In this document: piece by piece, positions 41,871-57,123 of the stretch
How positions within the stretch are numbered: the stretch's first letter is position 1
How the letters are laid out: every line of letters starts with the position of its first letter
NCBI GenBank assembly: GCA_964016885.1
Contig: OZ024741.1
Coordinates: 30,690,001 to 30,754,000, forward strand
Reading direction: 5' to 3'
Origin: Eledone cirrhosa
Lineage: Eukaryota
Length of the DNA stretch: 64,000 bases
The notes under the pieces: generated by a model
Seen by the model: the letters and a program-made list of their open reading frames with translations, nothing else
What the model was told of the DNA's origin: nothing
Database searches by the model: none
Made by a program: the position numbers and the translations under genes

Positions 41871-44119
41871 AGTCATTGTAATACCATCAAACTCAATACA
41901 TGATGGCTCTGAGGTGGGTGTTATTTTACGCAGAGTTAGAATCTGGGTGATTATCGGATATGATTTTGGAGTAATTGCGGTCGTCTTTCATTGCCAAGAG
42001 GATAAGATATTAATGTGTATTATGGTAAAATATTTCTATATAATCTCTATTACATTTAAAACAGATAACACAGTGAATATTTTCTGGAACATTCATTAAA
42101 AAAATATATCTTTAATCGTCACTTAAACTCTGTATTAATCGTAGTATGTCTGAACAGGGCTTTGTGACACTTATTTTGATTCTGGAGCAAAGAATGTAGT
42201 TTTATTTTGCAATTTCTGTTACGATATGATCTACAGACATCCAATTGTGTTTGCACTGGCTATATCATCTCTAGTGGCGCATTAGTGACATTCCCAATTA
42301 AACATCCGTTGTAAAAAACAAAAGCCAATGCCAGAGGTTCTACACTCCGCCTACTAAAAATAGCAGTGAAATCGCCTTAAAATTACATTGTAATTTACAT
42401 ATAATATCAGGATACATTGGATACTATTGCATTAGATATATTATATCAGGTAAAAGGAGATGGTTTTTACTGTAATGTCGCTATTTGACCGAGACGGACC
42501 GGCACTTAAATATAATTTACATTTTATAAAAGTTAAAACAAATGAGAAATGTCCAAATTATAGGAGAATTCCTTCGGTTATATTGTATAAACATATCCAA
42601 TACTGACACCTACGAAAATATTGGATACAAATCAACGTAGCAAAGCCACTTTTTATCATCAATGTCTACTGAATTTCAACTGTTTCAACTAACGTCTCTA
42701 TGGGTAATATTCATATATAATTTCAAACTGCTTAGAAAATGACAATGCGAACATTATGGAAATTTTTCATACTGTCATTAAATTAGAAATATACAATGAA
42801 ACATCATCTATGTCACAAATAACAAAAAGTTAATTCTTATTTACACATATTTACCAAATAACTATAATAATGTGTGGTAGTGATGTGAATAGATAAGGAA
42901 TTAAGCTGACCTATCTCTTGACCTTAAACATTGTGGTTGTTAAAGAATGTATCTATCATCCTATTTCAAATTGACCCAAGTTGTGTTATATAGAACCATG
43001 ATATTGATATATTGGTGTTATTATTAGACACAGACAAGTTCCAGATAACCGCAACCTCTAGGATTTGCAAATGTTGTTAGGGTTTCTCACACAGCAACTT
43101 TTAACAAATACATTCAAACTTTGCTAGACGATTCAAGAAATAAGAAGATAAGAGATCGTAAATCAAATTTGTTCTTCATTACCACGTGAAAGGAATAAAC
43201 GAGTCTATACCTGACCTCTAACGGATACCAGCTCAACACAGAATGTTAATTTCAAAAGAGGTTACAACAAATTAGAGATTATGCGACATAAATGACACGT
43301 ATTTGTATATTGCAAATATACGGACATGGCCACAGAGTAGAGTATGTTTCGTAAATGAATACAAGATCTAGGTGAACGTTGTTCAGATAAAAAGGAATGG
43401 CAAAATGTTTTTGGAGTAATGTTTATGCAACATAGAAGCCTAGATTCTCTTTGCTATGAATAATAACAAATACAAATTGTGGTAACGCAAAGATACATAC
43501 GATTAAATGTTGTGGTGATGATCCTGCTGTTGGTGGTGATTGTAATCTTCTATTGCTGGTTAGAGCAATGCCATCTTTGAATAGGCCAGTGATCATAATC
43601 TCAAAATCATTTAGAGCGTGTTTCACTGAACTTTACTATTATGTTGCCGACTGCTGTCACTATATTGTCATATCAAGCTGGGGCCATCCGTTAGAGTTGT
43701 ATATTAAAAATCTCATTTTTCTATAATATTGATGCTAATTTTAGCAGTTCGACTGACTGTGGTGAAGGGAAGAGAGAACGGCAAACTTCCTTTAAAATGT
43801 AGGTATATCTGGCAAAGATGCTGGATGGTAAACACATTTAAGTAGTTTGAGAACCTGGGATATCCTCCCCGGCTAAAACTCATCAATGACTTCACATAAC
43901 GGAAGAGAAGTGTAGAGAGTGTTACCCTCTAGTATGCTTGAGGTATTGTAGTTGTTATCATGGGCAAGTCTATGTAAAAACATGCATTTGCAAGACGTTG
44001 ACGCCAGTTTATGTTTCGAAAAATCTGAAGTATTTTAGTGAATACACCATCTAGTTTCTTCGCAAGTGATTTTGTCAGGTTCAATGTACATGATCCACAC
44101 ACCCATACCGACTTAACAA

Positions 44120-44720
44120 ATGCTCTTAAAAGTGTTATTTGTATTTAGAATAAGACAACATCTACACCCGAAAGGCAGAATAAATCAAAATTGTTTCAGA
44201 CAGATTAAATCGTCTAGTTCACAGATATTGATACTGGGAGGGCTACTAGAAGTCGTCAGATCAAAGACTATGGAAGCTGTACTAACTTTTATTGACTTCA
44301 AAAATATTTTCGACTTCATCTATAAAGAAAAGTTTATGTCAATTCTATTTGCATATGGCATACTTGATGCCATAATTTCTGTTATAAATATACTCTACAC
44401 AAACAGGGAAGCTCACCTTCTCCCTCCTGATGGTAATATCGAGGTTTTTAAAATAATAGTGGCTGTCCTTCAAGATGACATTTTGGCATCACATCTTTTC
44501 CTAATGGCCCTGAACTATGTCACGAGGGAAGCGATTGTTAACGAACAAGATATCGGTTTCACATTGACACAAATTAGTAATAAGTCAAACCTTCCAACTG
44601 TTATATGTGATGCAGATTTTGAAATCACATAACTCTTCTATCATAAAGGACATTGACATTAGAATGTCCAAATTCTGGGCTGCAACGAAATAACTGGAAA
44701 GTATATGGATGTCCAATCTA
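44120..44720 (+). mobile_element. RTE-like LINE reverse transcriptase relic
   Basis: QNCFRQ...TFIDFKNIFDFI...ILFAYGI...VLQDDILASHLF...DADF correspond to decayed RT motifs. Confidence 0.7.
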
Positions 44721-44983
44721 CTCAGAACAATCTAAATAACTATTTATACACAGAGGGAAATACTGTCTTATGACAATTGCACACACATATATTCAACATT
44801 TATGCGTATACTCACATATGTGTTAATGTGTGGTTTTCTATTCTGTATACATTTTGTTTTGCAATTCCTATACGGTTGAATACATATATATATAACTCCG
44901 AACATTGGGCATATATATGATATCTATGAATATATATTATTTCCAATAAAGAATTATATAATCTTATACAATTTATGTGAGCT

Positions 44984-45046
<63 letters not shown>

Positions 45047-45092
45047 TATATATATGAATGTATATATGTGTGTAAATGTGCGAGGAAGGTCT

Positions 45093-45150
<58 letters not shown>

Positions 45151-45807
45151 TGTATGTATGTATGTGTGTATGTGTGTGTGTGCGTGCGTGCGCGCGCGCG
45201 TGTGTATGTTTGTGTGCGTGGGGTGTATGTGTGTGTGTGTGTGTGTGCGTGTGTTTGTGTGTGTAAATATGTGCGTATGAATAGAGAAAATAGAGAAATG
45301 TAATAAACAAAGAATGCAGATTTTTAATACGGAATATTATAGAAAACCTTTTACTTGACATCTTCAACAAACGTTCAACAGGAATCCATATTATCTATCT
45401 TCTACACCACTGCCATTATTAAATTCATTCACTATTCTTTCGATTGTCTTCTATGCTGGCTGTCCTTCCCAATCTTCATTTTGCCATTATGCATTCCTTG
45501 GAATCGACGGCTCTCTATTTCCTTCCTATTAACAAATCCAACAGAATTACAGAAAGTGCAATTGTTCGTGTTTATTGATGTAAGTGACAGCAAGTATTGT
45601 GCTCTCTCTTAAATTGTAAGTCAAATGTATATGAAAAACTCATTGATTGTAAATAATTTATTATTTTCCAGATTACTGCTGCATTTATTATTGTTACTAC
45701 TATTATGATTATTATTGTTATTATCATCAATAAGGTTATTTATATATACATCCATTATATATGTACACTTACATACAAACACACGAACACACATATATAT
45801 ATATATA

Positions 45808-46372
45808 CAGAGGGTGGTCAAAATAATGGAAACACCTAGCATCATAGCATCATAATTTTGAAATATCTATAAAACCGTCAACAGCTTGTTTATTTTTGTT
45901 TTTTGATTTATTATTAGTGTTGCTTAATATGTTTTGTTAAAATTGCTGTTTCTTTTCAGATATCATCAGAAAAAAGTAATTAAAATTCATTAAAATGACA
46001 GATCTATCGGACTTTCAAAGAGGTCAAATTGTTGGTGCTCGTATGGCAGACGCTAGTGTAACGAAAACAGCCGAAATGTTTGGTGTATCAAGAAGTACTG
46101 TCTCGAAAGTAATGACAGCCTTTGAGAAAGAGGGGAAAACCTACTCGTCGAAACAAAACTCCGGAAGAAAACCAAAACTTTCAGATAGAGACCGTCGGAC
46201 TCTTACGCGAATTGATAGAAAGCATCACAAACGTACAGCTCCCAAAATTACTGCAGAGCTTAATGACCACCTCGAGAACAATAAAAAAAACCCAGCTTTT
46301 GACGGTTTTATAGATATTTAACAATTATGATGCTATGATGCTAGGTGTTTCCATTATTTTGTTCAACCCCTG
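45808..46372 (+). mobile_element. Internally deleted Tc1-like transposon retaining the N-terminal HTH of its transposase
   Basis: TA-CAG...CTG-TA with ~80-bp TIRs. ORF 45995..46321 reads LSDFQRGQIVG...VSRSTVSKV...SGRKPKLSDRDRR; no DDE domain. Confidence 0.9.
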
Positions 46373-46424
46373 TATATATATATATATATATACGGTGCGG
46401 ATTTTTTTTATTGATATAAGCGAC

Positions 46425-46530
46425 CGGAGCTCAGCCGTCGGGATCCTGAATCTCTTCATATTAACCACTCTATTACCCCACATATCGAGTACTCTAGTGG
46501 GTCCACCTGGTATTTTACCATACACTATCT
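46425..46530 (+). repeat. Diverged fragment of HHR family F
   Basis: gagctcagccgtcgggatcc...accactctattaccc...gagtactct. Confidence 0.6.
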
Positions 46531-46555
46531 AATATATATATACTCAGATTTTTAT

Positions 46556-46760
<205 letters not shown>

Positions 46761-46794
46761 GGAAAATGTGTGTAATCCTTGGTACAGTTAGGTA

Positions 46795-47215
<421 letters not shown>

Positions 47216-47282
47216 ACAATATATTTAGAAACACACAGATACATATTACTAATTATATCTAAATGTTTCTTCTCTCTTCATA

Positions 47283-47417
<135 letters not shown>

Positions 47418-47524
47418 CATAGATTTTGAGTTTATGTTGGTTGTATACCAACACCTCAGTATGCAGGCTGGAGCACTCGACGAAGTGCGCAGGTTGGTTT
47501 GGTTACTCCGGAGTAGTGTAAAAT

Positions 47525-47975
47525 AAAGTCAAATAAAAGTCAAATGATTAAAATTTAGCTTCGTTTATTACTGCTATATATATTTCAGTGACAGCCATCT
47601 TTGGCTGTGACCTCTTCAGGCAGTTTGAATTAGTATGGTATAGACAAGTACATATGTTGTTTAGGTGTATGATATTGTCAATACTCTGATATGCCCAGTT
47701 CCTTGTTGGGTTGTTAATTCACTGGGGAACTGGAGTCATACAGAAACAGACCTCTTCTATATGACTCCAGTTCCCCAGTGAATTAACAACCCAACAAGGA
47801 ACTGGGCATATCAGAGTATTGACAATATCATACACCTAAACAACATATGTACTTGTCTATACCATACTAATTCAAACTGCCTGAAGAGGTCACAGCCAAA
47901 GATGGCTGTCACTGAAATATATATAGCAGTAATAAACGAAGCTAAATTTTAATCATTTGACTTTTATTTGACTTT
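47525..47975. repeat. Near-perfect foldback (~210-bp arms, 19-nt spacer) with a hammerhead in each arm
   Basis: 47531-47740 is inverted at 47760-47970. Confidence 0.9.
47876..47930 (+). ncRNA. Type-I hammerhead ribozyme, canonical core (mirror 47570-47624, minus strand)
   Basis: actgc-CTGAAGA-ggtc-acagcca(aaga)tggctgt-cact-GAAA-TATATA-TA-gcagt, followed immediately by AATAAA. Confidence 0.85.
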
Positions 47976-47977
47976 AT

Positions 47978-48950
<973 letters not shown>

Positions 48951-50467
48951 AATGACAGATGAAAACATTCTTCAATGTCAAGGAATTTATTTCTATCAAA
49001 TTAAACGGCTCAGAGATGCTGATCTGTACCTCCCAGAGGTACCTTCCATTTCCGCTTCTGTTAATATCACTGAAGAAACCTTCGGGGCTTGGGAAATCCG
49101 ACGTTTGACCCCATTTCCGTTTTCAAAAACGAATTTCAAATTAGTTGAATATACTTAAAAAAGAAAACGCAAGAATTTTACCGGTTAGAATTTAACCGCA
49201 AGTGACAGATGGTGGTGGAGCAAGCAATGTATATGTATGAATGATATATCTAACAGATAGATTTATTCCTTTGTGTTTCTGCAGGGAACTAAAGGTAAGG
49301 ACTGAATGTCGTGTCACAAACACCCCCCCCCCCCCCCCCAAACACCTTTCTTTCCAGCTGGTTCTTCATCTGAGATGATGTTATTATTTTCACAGTGATC
49401 TTGGAGAAATAGGTTCAGACAGGCTGTATATATCTTATACATCAAATTGGTCGAGTGCAAGACCTTTCCCCACTTAAAAACCTTCAAATCACAGGCATTG
49501 CTTGCTCAGGATATGTTACAGGTTCGTGTGGCTGGGCCTAGCCTAAAGGTGCATCATTATCTGTAATCTGACAAGTGATTGCAATACTCTTAGCAGTTAT
49601 CATGTATACACGCATGTATATATGTTTGTATTTATGCATGTATGTATGATATACGTACCTATGTATGTATGTTCTCTCTTTCTCTTAATTTCGAATATAT
49701 TTTTGACCGGCCACCTACCTGGTGGCAAGGTTGTAAAAGAAAAGAAATTGTCATCCCTTGAATCGCAAGAATGTTTTGCAAATTTTGAAGGTGCCAGCTA
49801 TCGCAGCCATTTGTAGACTATGAATTAGGGAGCTGCGCTCTTTGTCCGCAAATCCAAGTTCAGTTATACATTGGTCCAAGCAGGTTGGAATATAACCCGT
49901 AGCGGGGCTGTATTTCTTGAGAATTTTGTAGACCTGGTTTGAACCCAGCAGATTTCCTCCAGAGAAAGATAGAGAATGAGAGAATGGTAATGAGAAAGTG
50001 TCATAGAGTAAGCATCGACCCTGGTACTAAATAGACACTTTTTTGTATCGACCTTGTCTGGTAAAGTTGTCACCGACGGGATTTGAAATCAGGAAATAGT
50101 GAACAGAAACGAATATCTCCAGAATTGGAAAACCCTACTGACCATTTGGTAGGACTGGAAAAATATCATTAACTATGAACTGCCCCCACCGAACACCAGC
50201 ACAACTATTGACATCTATTGCCAGGGTATTGATAGATGTGCCATACAATTGTGCTATTGGATTCCTCCATGATAATGCTTGGTTGCACCAAGTTTTACAC
50301 GTGCACAGTTATTGGACCTAGGTTAGGATGTCCTGTTCCATCTGTTGTATTAGCCTTTTTCTCTCAATCAGTAATGTAATGTATTTACAGACTAATGAAT
50401 ACGAATTAAATCAGAGGCTGCCGGAATTCTTTGCATCGGAGTCAGAAAAAAGATTCTCCAGTGTTGG

Positions 50468-50660
50468 AATAGTTGTTTCTACTTTTGGCACAAGGCCAGC
50501 AAATATTCCAGTGTATTACTGGCACTTTATTTTATCGAGCCCGTAAGGATGAAAGTCAAAGTTAAACTCGGCAGGATTTGAACTCAGATCAGAAAGTGCC
50601 GTAACTCTATGCTACAAAGCATGGCGTCCGACCCTCTACCGATACTGCCAATCCACCGCC
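50468..50660 (-). mobile_element. SINE family B
   Basis: Reverse complement of the family consensus. Confidence 0.85.
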
Positions 50661-50710
50661 CTACTGTTGATTCATTTACGAGAAACGAATTTGAAAAACA
50701 TCCTGCCATT

Positions 50711-50887
50711 ATTGGCAGTATCGGTAGAGGGTTGGACGCCATGCTTTCTAGCATAGTTACGTGCCTTTACCGTCTGAGTTCAAATCCCATCGATGTTAAC
50801 TTTGCCTTTCATCCGTACGGGGTCGATAAAATAAAGTACCAGTATTGGGTAATTTGCTGGCCTTGTGCCAAAAGAAGAAACAATTAT
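50711..50887 (+). mobile_element. SINE family B
   Basis: attggcagtatcggtagaggg...ggccttgtgccaaaagaagaaacaatta. Confidence 0.85.
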
Positions 50888-51139
50888 ATTCATCAAAGGT
50901 CATTTATTGAAATGGAACCAGCGGGAGGGCAGTTTTACAGCCCCTTTCTTAAACTCTCTTTAAAAAAAACCAACAGCACTCCCAATCAATTACCTTGCTG
51001 TCACCATTCACCATTTTCTCTGTATATATATATATGTATATATTTGTTTATGTGTATATATATATGTATGTATCTATATGTGTATGCCGCAATACCTTCA
51101 AATCTTCAAGACTCTTTCACTCCCACACTCATTAACACC

Positions 51140-51905
51140 AGATAGACATGCCAGATAGACATGCGCCATATCACCCGTAAAATATGCTCCAAGATTCTAA
51201 TGAGTAGATCCGAGCATTTTATATCAACTAGAAATTGATTGACATATAAATAAACATATGAAACAATCACAGGTGATATCTGGCATGACACCCCTAATTT
51301 AATTTGATTTAATTTAATTTAATTCAATTTATCTTAATTTTGGATATATATAAATACGGCCCCTTAATTGTAGAGCTAACTCAGTTGAAAGGACTTGACT
51401 GCTATTTATAGTTGTCGATAACCCTGCGAAGCTGGTATGATGTGTGTATTTTTAGTGGATACAGCACGTGTTACTGGCCAGTCGCTGATTTGAACTTGAT
51501 GCGTAAACACAGATGGTTGGACCTCTTCCTTGTTGAAAATCCAGGACCTGACTACAGTCGTTTACTAATCGATTAATTGGTGAAATATATTTCTTTAATG
51601 GAATATATACGAGGAAGATTAATCAAATTATAAGGTATCTATTTTTGAAGTTCTAGTTAAACTTTATTTAGTTACCTACCTAGCTATGTGTGCTTACACA
51701 CTTTTGCAAATTATCCCCTGTGATTGTTTCATATATTTATTTATATGTCTATCAATTTCTAGTTGATATAAAATGCTCGGATCTACTCATTAGAATCTTG
51801 CAGCATATTTTACGGGTGATATGGCGCATGTCTATCTGGCATGACACCCTTAATTTAATTTGATTTAATTTAATTTAATTCAATTTATCTTTATTTTGGA
51901 TGTAT
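51140..51905 (+). repeat. Inverted segment plus ~556-bp direct-repeat element ending in (TA)n
   Basis: 51147-51278 is inverted relative to 51713-51843. atctggcatgacacc...ttttgga occurs at 51278 and 51834. Confidence 0.75.
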
Positions 51906-52038
51906 ATATATATATAAGTTTATATATATAATTTGCAAGATTTAGCATTCTGGAGGCACTTTTCACTGTATATAAGGTACACAATTTACCCATCTCATTA
52001 CAGTTGAAAATTGCAAACATGTCTGTCACCACACATTA

Positions 52039-52077
52039 TGAACCTGAAGATTGCGACAGCATCAAAGTACTTGTTCA
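52039..52077 (+). ncRNA. Minimal hammerhead in the 5' pLTR (GAAA mutated to CAAA)
   Basis: tgaac-CTGAAGA-ttgc(gaca)gcat-CAAA-GTAC-TT-gttca. Confidence 0.65.
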
Positions 52078-54369
52078 ATTAACACTTAACATTTAATATT
52101 CTATCATACTATTTCATTATAATACCATTATAAATTTTAAAGGATTGTAAATAAGACGAGTAAATCTGACAAAGTTGGAATTCCTCTTATTAATATAATC
52201 TTCTATACACAATCTTACACACCCGTGTATATTTATCTATCTATATATATATATATATATATATTCCTATTGTGTATATGCCAACATGTCTGTAAAGCAA
52301 CAAATGAAATCAACAGAATCAGAAAGAATTCTAAAGGAGATATCATCGAAATTATCAACACTTATCACGATGATTGACACACAATCCTCTATTTTAAAGG
52401 AAATAGAAAAACAATCTACAGACGGAAAACTTATAACTGAACATATAAACTCTGAAATTAAGAATTTAGCTGAAATTATACCAACAGTTATCAAATATAC
52501 AAGATAAAGCCTACCACAACCCCCTTGGATGTCAGAACTAAACGAAAGAAATTTGGAAAACAAAACACATCGAATAAGAAAAGAAATGTGGAATATATGG
52601 AAAAGATTTCTTTAACATAAGAAAACAAATCTTCTGGAAAGCATACAAATGCGAAAAATATGTCGAAACACATTCGAAATGGCTCTCTCTAACGGCACCC
52701 ATACTCCCTCGTAAATACCTAATTACAGAAATTGCAGGAGAACCAGAAGAAGAAACAAAACTCCGATGGGAACTTACATTGACAAAATTCAGGACTGACA
52801 TCTCCATTTCTCAATGTAAACAATCCCGCTACAAAACCAAATATGAAGCTATCAATGACCAAATTGAAGTTGAAATTTCAAAGCTAACGACTGGTATTAT
52901 AGCTGAAAAACTACGAGAACTATGAATCACAGAAGAAAACAAATCAAGAAAGGTATGGCAGCAGAAACAATTATTACTCGACGAATATGCTGCAAATTAC
53001 GGTAAAGACTCTGGAACCCTTAGAAAAAGCATTAAAAGTGGACAATCTCACCAACACAACATACGCCAGAACAGGTGACAACACAAACACTCACCTTACC
53101 TTGAATCAAAGAAGAACTACGGTAATAACTCTTCGCTTTTTCTACAAAAACACCCTATCGCACACAACATGAACAAAAAGCACAAACACGATAGATATTC
53201 CTTTGACCAGACCATGAGAAGTAGTAAAACAAGGAGATCATTCTCAAGATCTCAACAGAGACTACCCACAAGGAATGTGGAAACAAAACGTAGAATAACC
53301 AGATCGCTCTCAAGATCTCAACAGAGATTACCCACAAGAAACTGGGCGAAAAAACGATCTAAACCTGAAAGCAAACCTAGGTTATTTCCCCAGATTTTGA
53401 AAAATAAGGCTAACAAGAAATGGAAAAATAATATACATAATACCAAAAATAGGACTAAATACATAACGAAACCAAATATAATATCACGACCAAAAGTTCA
53501 TCAAGCGAACACCATCAGGAATATAAATCCTGAACAGAGAAAAATCCATTTTTTAACGTCAGGACAACAAAAACCGGAAAAAGAAAAACTCCAGGAGGAA
53601 ACATACTCAAAACAACTGTACACGTAGATCCTAAAATAATTAATTTATCCAAAAAAGATCTTGACAATGATAAAATGCAAAGTCTGTCAAAAGGACTGAA
53701 ATTCACACCGACTCCAACAGTCAACCACCAAGAACTGAAGGAGGATACCCAAGAATTCTGTCGAAAATTACGTCTTGTAGAATTCTTCGCTGATAAAAGT
53801 AATGAGAGTGATGAATCACTAGTAAAGGATAAATCAAATTTCACTCCGCCAAAAGGAAGAAATATCTATCTCGACCAATACATTGACATCCTGTCTAAAT
53901 TTTCTCTTAGACGTAATACTAATGTTAGGCCAAAGAATAACAAATCAGAAATGTCTGCACTTAAACGTATACAAAATGATAAAACAATAATAATTAAACA
54001 AGCAGATAAAAGGTGTGCAGTTGTTATAATGGATGCTGAATACTAAAAGGATTTTGTTGAGGAACAACTGAAAGACACAACATTCTATCATGAAATACCG
54101 TCAAATACAGACCACAACATCATGAAGAAGATCAACAACCTGGCTTCAAAATACCACAACTCACCTACTGATAAGGAAAGAGCCAAAACCCAGCAACCTG
54201 TATGGCCTACCGAAAGTTCAAAAGAAATACAACTGGTAGTAAGAGAACAAAACAGTGAGTACATTAAATTACTACACCCACAAGACTTAACATTTAGACC
54301 TATTATAGCTGGTCCAACATACCCCACCCACGTCTAAGCAATTTTGTTGACATTATTTTGAAACCACTA

Positions 54370-54558
54370 GCGGTGGATTGGCAGTATCTGTGGAGGGTCG
54401 GATGCCATGCTTTCCAGCATAGTTACGTCCCTTTACGATCTGAGTTCATATCCCGCCAAGGTTGACTTTGCCTTTCATCCTTACGGGATCGATAAATTAA
54501 AGTACCAGTAATGCACTAGGTAATTGCTGGCCTTGTGCCTAAAGTAGAAACAATTATT
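54370..54558 (+). mobile_element. SINE family B inserted in the PLE RT
   Basis: TSD attattttgaaaccacta at 54352-54369 and 54553-54570. Confidence 0.92.
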
Positions 54559-56079
54559 TTGAAACCACTATGTATTCACATACCCAGTTTCATCCGGGAC
54601 GATATCGACTTCCTGTCCCATCTTACCAAAACCAAGGAAACCAATTCACTTCTACTTAGTTTTGATGTGGTAAGCCTTTACACCAACATTACACATGATT
54701 TAGGAATAAAGGCAGTTAAATACTGGGTGGAAAAACATAGAGAAATGATTCCAATCAGATTCACAGCGCCATTTATATTAGACGCAGTTAAACTTATTCT
54801 GGAAAACAACACGTTCTTCTTCAATGGAAAGAATTACATCCAAATTAGAGGCACAGCGATGGGAACAAAGTTTGCTCCCGTTTACGCGAACTCTGTAATG
54901 GGATACTTAGAACAACAACTCTACCAAGAAATAGAGGAAAATATAGCACTGACTTTAGAAAGTACATTGAAAAATCTTGCAAGAGATACCTTGATGACTG
55001 TTTCATCATCTGGACAGAATCTCTAGATACTCTGGATGAGTTCAATATCCTCCTGAATAACCTCCACCCATCTCTCCAATTCACAAAAGAGATGAGTAGG
55101 ACCAAATTACCGTTCCTAGATATAATGATAATCAAAAACGACACAACCATTACCACGGATATATATTATAAACACACAGACACCCATCAATATCTGAATT
55201 TTAAGTCGTGCCATCCACCTCATACAAAACGCAACATTCCATATTGCCTAGCCAGAAGAATTTGTACCATTGTAGAAGATACGAATACCAGGTACAAACG
55301 CCTAAAAGAACTAACAGAATTTTTGCTCAAACAAAAATACCCATCTCTACTTATAGAAAATGGCATACAGCGGGCTATAAAAATACCTATACAACAACTT
55401 AGGACAACCCAAGGAAGAAGAAACCAAGAACTGGTCATACCATTTATAATGACACACACCCCATGTCAACAGAATATATTCAACACTGCCAAAGCAAACC
55501 TACCGATCATTGCTCAAAGTAATGAATTAAAAGGCTTAATCACAGATCGATCTTTGACTCTTAGTAAAAGACAGCCGAAAAATTTGAAGCAAAGTTTAAC
55601 CTTAACAACAAAGATCAATCGTTCACTGTATCTAAATGCAATGATAGTCAATGCGGCACATGTCAATCCATACACGCCGGTCAATATATGAAAACAAAAA
55701 CTGGAAAAATATTCCCACATGCAAATATGAACTGCAAAAGCAGAAATCTAATTTACTGCATTACATGACCGAATTGTGAAGCACTATATGTCGGTCAAAC
55801 TGGAAATGCACTATCAGAACGTGCACAGGTACACCGTCAGAAAATCAGAGACCCAAATGTCCGTCAGATACCCCTAAGTAACCATCTGGCAACATGACGT
55901 GAGGGAATATTTATAATATTCCCATTCTACAAATTACACAGCCCAAGTGAAATCAAGAGAATTTTATTGATAAATTCAAACCCAAGATAAATGAACAATA
56001 ATAATGCTTATGGGTATTACTTCTACTATGACTATGACTACGACCATGTCGACTACGACCACTAACAACAACAACAATA

Positions 56080-56269
56080 ATAATTGTTTCTACTTTAGGC
56101 ACAAGGCCAGCAATTAACCAGTGCATTACTGGTACTTTATTTTATCGACCCCGTAAGGGTGAAAGGCAAAGTCAACCTCGGCGGTATTTGAACTCAGATC
56201 GTAAAGGGACGTAACTATGCTGGAAAGCATGGCGTCCGACCCTCTACCGATACTGCCAATCCACCGCCC
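56080..56269 (-). mobile_element. SINE family B in the PLE 3' UTR
   Basis: Full reverse-complement copy flanked by acaacaacaataataat. Confidence 0.9.
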
Positions 56270-56591
56270 TTCACAACAACAATAATAATAATAATAATAA
56301 AAGTGATGTTGATGGTGATGATTACTAGAAAATGCTATTTTCATCATTTCTAAAAATAGCAAAACAATTGATGCTTTGGATAGGATCAATTAGTGGTCGT
56401 TAGACGTGCTCAACCAACCGTGACGCCTAAACCAATCAGCTTTAGTAATTCAGTGAAACTACACACCGATTGGTCGAAATACAGTTTGCAAGATTTAGCA
56501 TTGTGGAGCCACTTTTCACTGTATATAAGGTACAAAATTTACCCATCTCATTACAGTTGAAAATTGCAAACATGACTGTCACCTCACATTA

Positions 56592-56630
56592 TGAACCTAA
56601 AGATTGAGAAAGCATGAAAGTACTTGTTCA
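56592..56630 (+). ncRNA. Minimal hammerhead in the 3' pLTR (core mutated to CTAAAGA)
   Basis: tgaac-CTAAAGA-ttga(gaaa)gcat-GAAA-GTAC-TT-gttca. Confidence 0.65.
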
Positions 56631-56817
56631 ATTAACATTTAACATTTAATATTCTATCATACTATTTCATTATAATACCATCATAAATTTTAAAGGATTG
56701 TAAATAAAACCAGTAAATCAGACAAAGTTGGAATTCCTTTTATTAATATAATCTTCTATACACAATCATACACACCCGTGTATATTTATCTATCTATCTA
56801 TCTCTATATATATATAT

Positions 56818-56998
56818 AGGAGAAAGTATGACCCCCACGGCAGAGCTCAAGCCGTTTCGACGACTATTTCTGGACTAAACGGCTTGAGCTCTGCCGTCGG
56901 GGTCATGCTTTCTCCTATTACCCACTCTACTACCCTAAGTATTGAGTACTCTGGTGCGTTATGGTCCATCTGGTTCCTTACCACAACTCCTACGTTAT
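56818..56998. repeat. Short foldback copy of HHR family F in (TA)n
   Basis: About 56818-56856 is inverted at about 56878-56916, then continues into the family 3' tail. Confidence 0.8.
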
Positions 56999-57010
56999 AT
57001 ATATACATAC

Positions 57011-57123
<113 letters not shown>

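Larger units (their letters stand above)
51932..56800 (+). mobile_element. Near full-length Penelope-like element (Neptune-like) with ~310-bp direct pLTRs, interrupted by two SINEs
   Basis: pLTRs at 51932-52243 and 56485-56800. ORF pieces include LSKGLKFTP, IKQADK, FRPII, SFDVVSLYTNI, GTAMGTKFAPVYAN, RYLDD, LPFLD, CHPPHTKRNIPYCLARRI, CNDSQCGTC and GIY-YIG YVGQTG. Confidence 0.92.
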
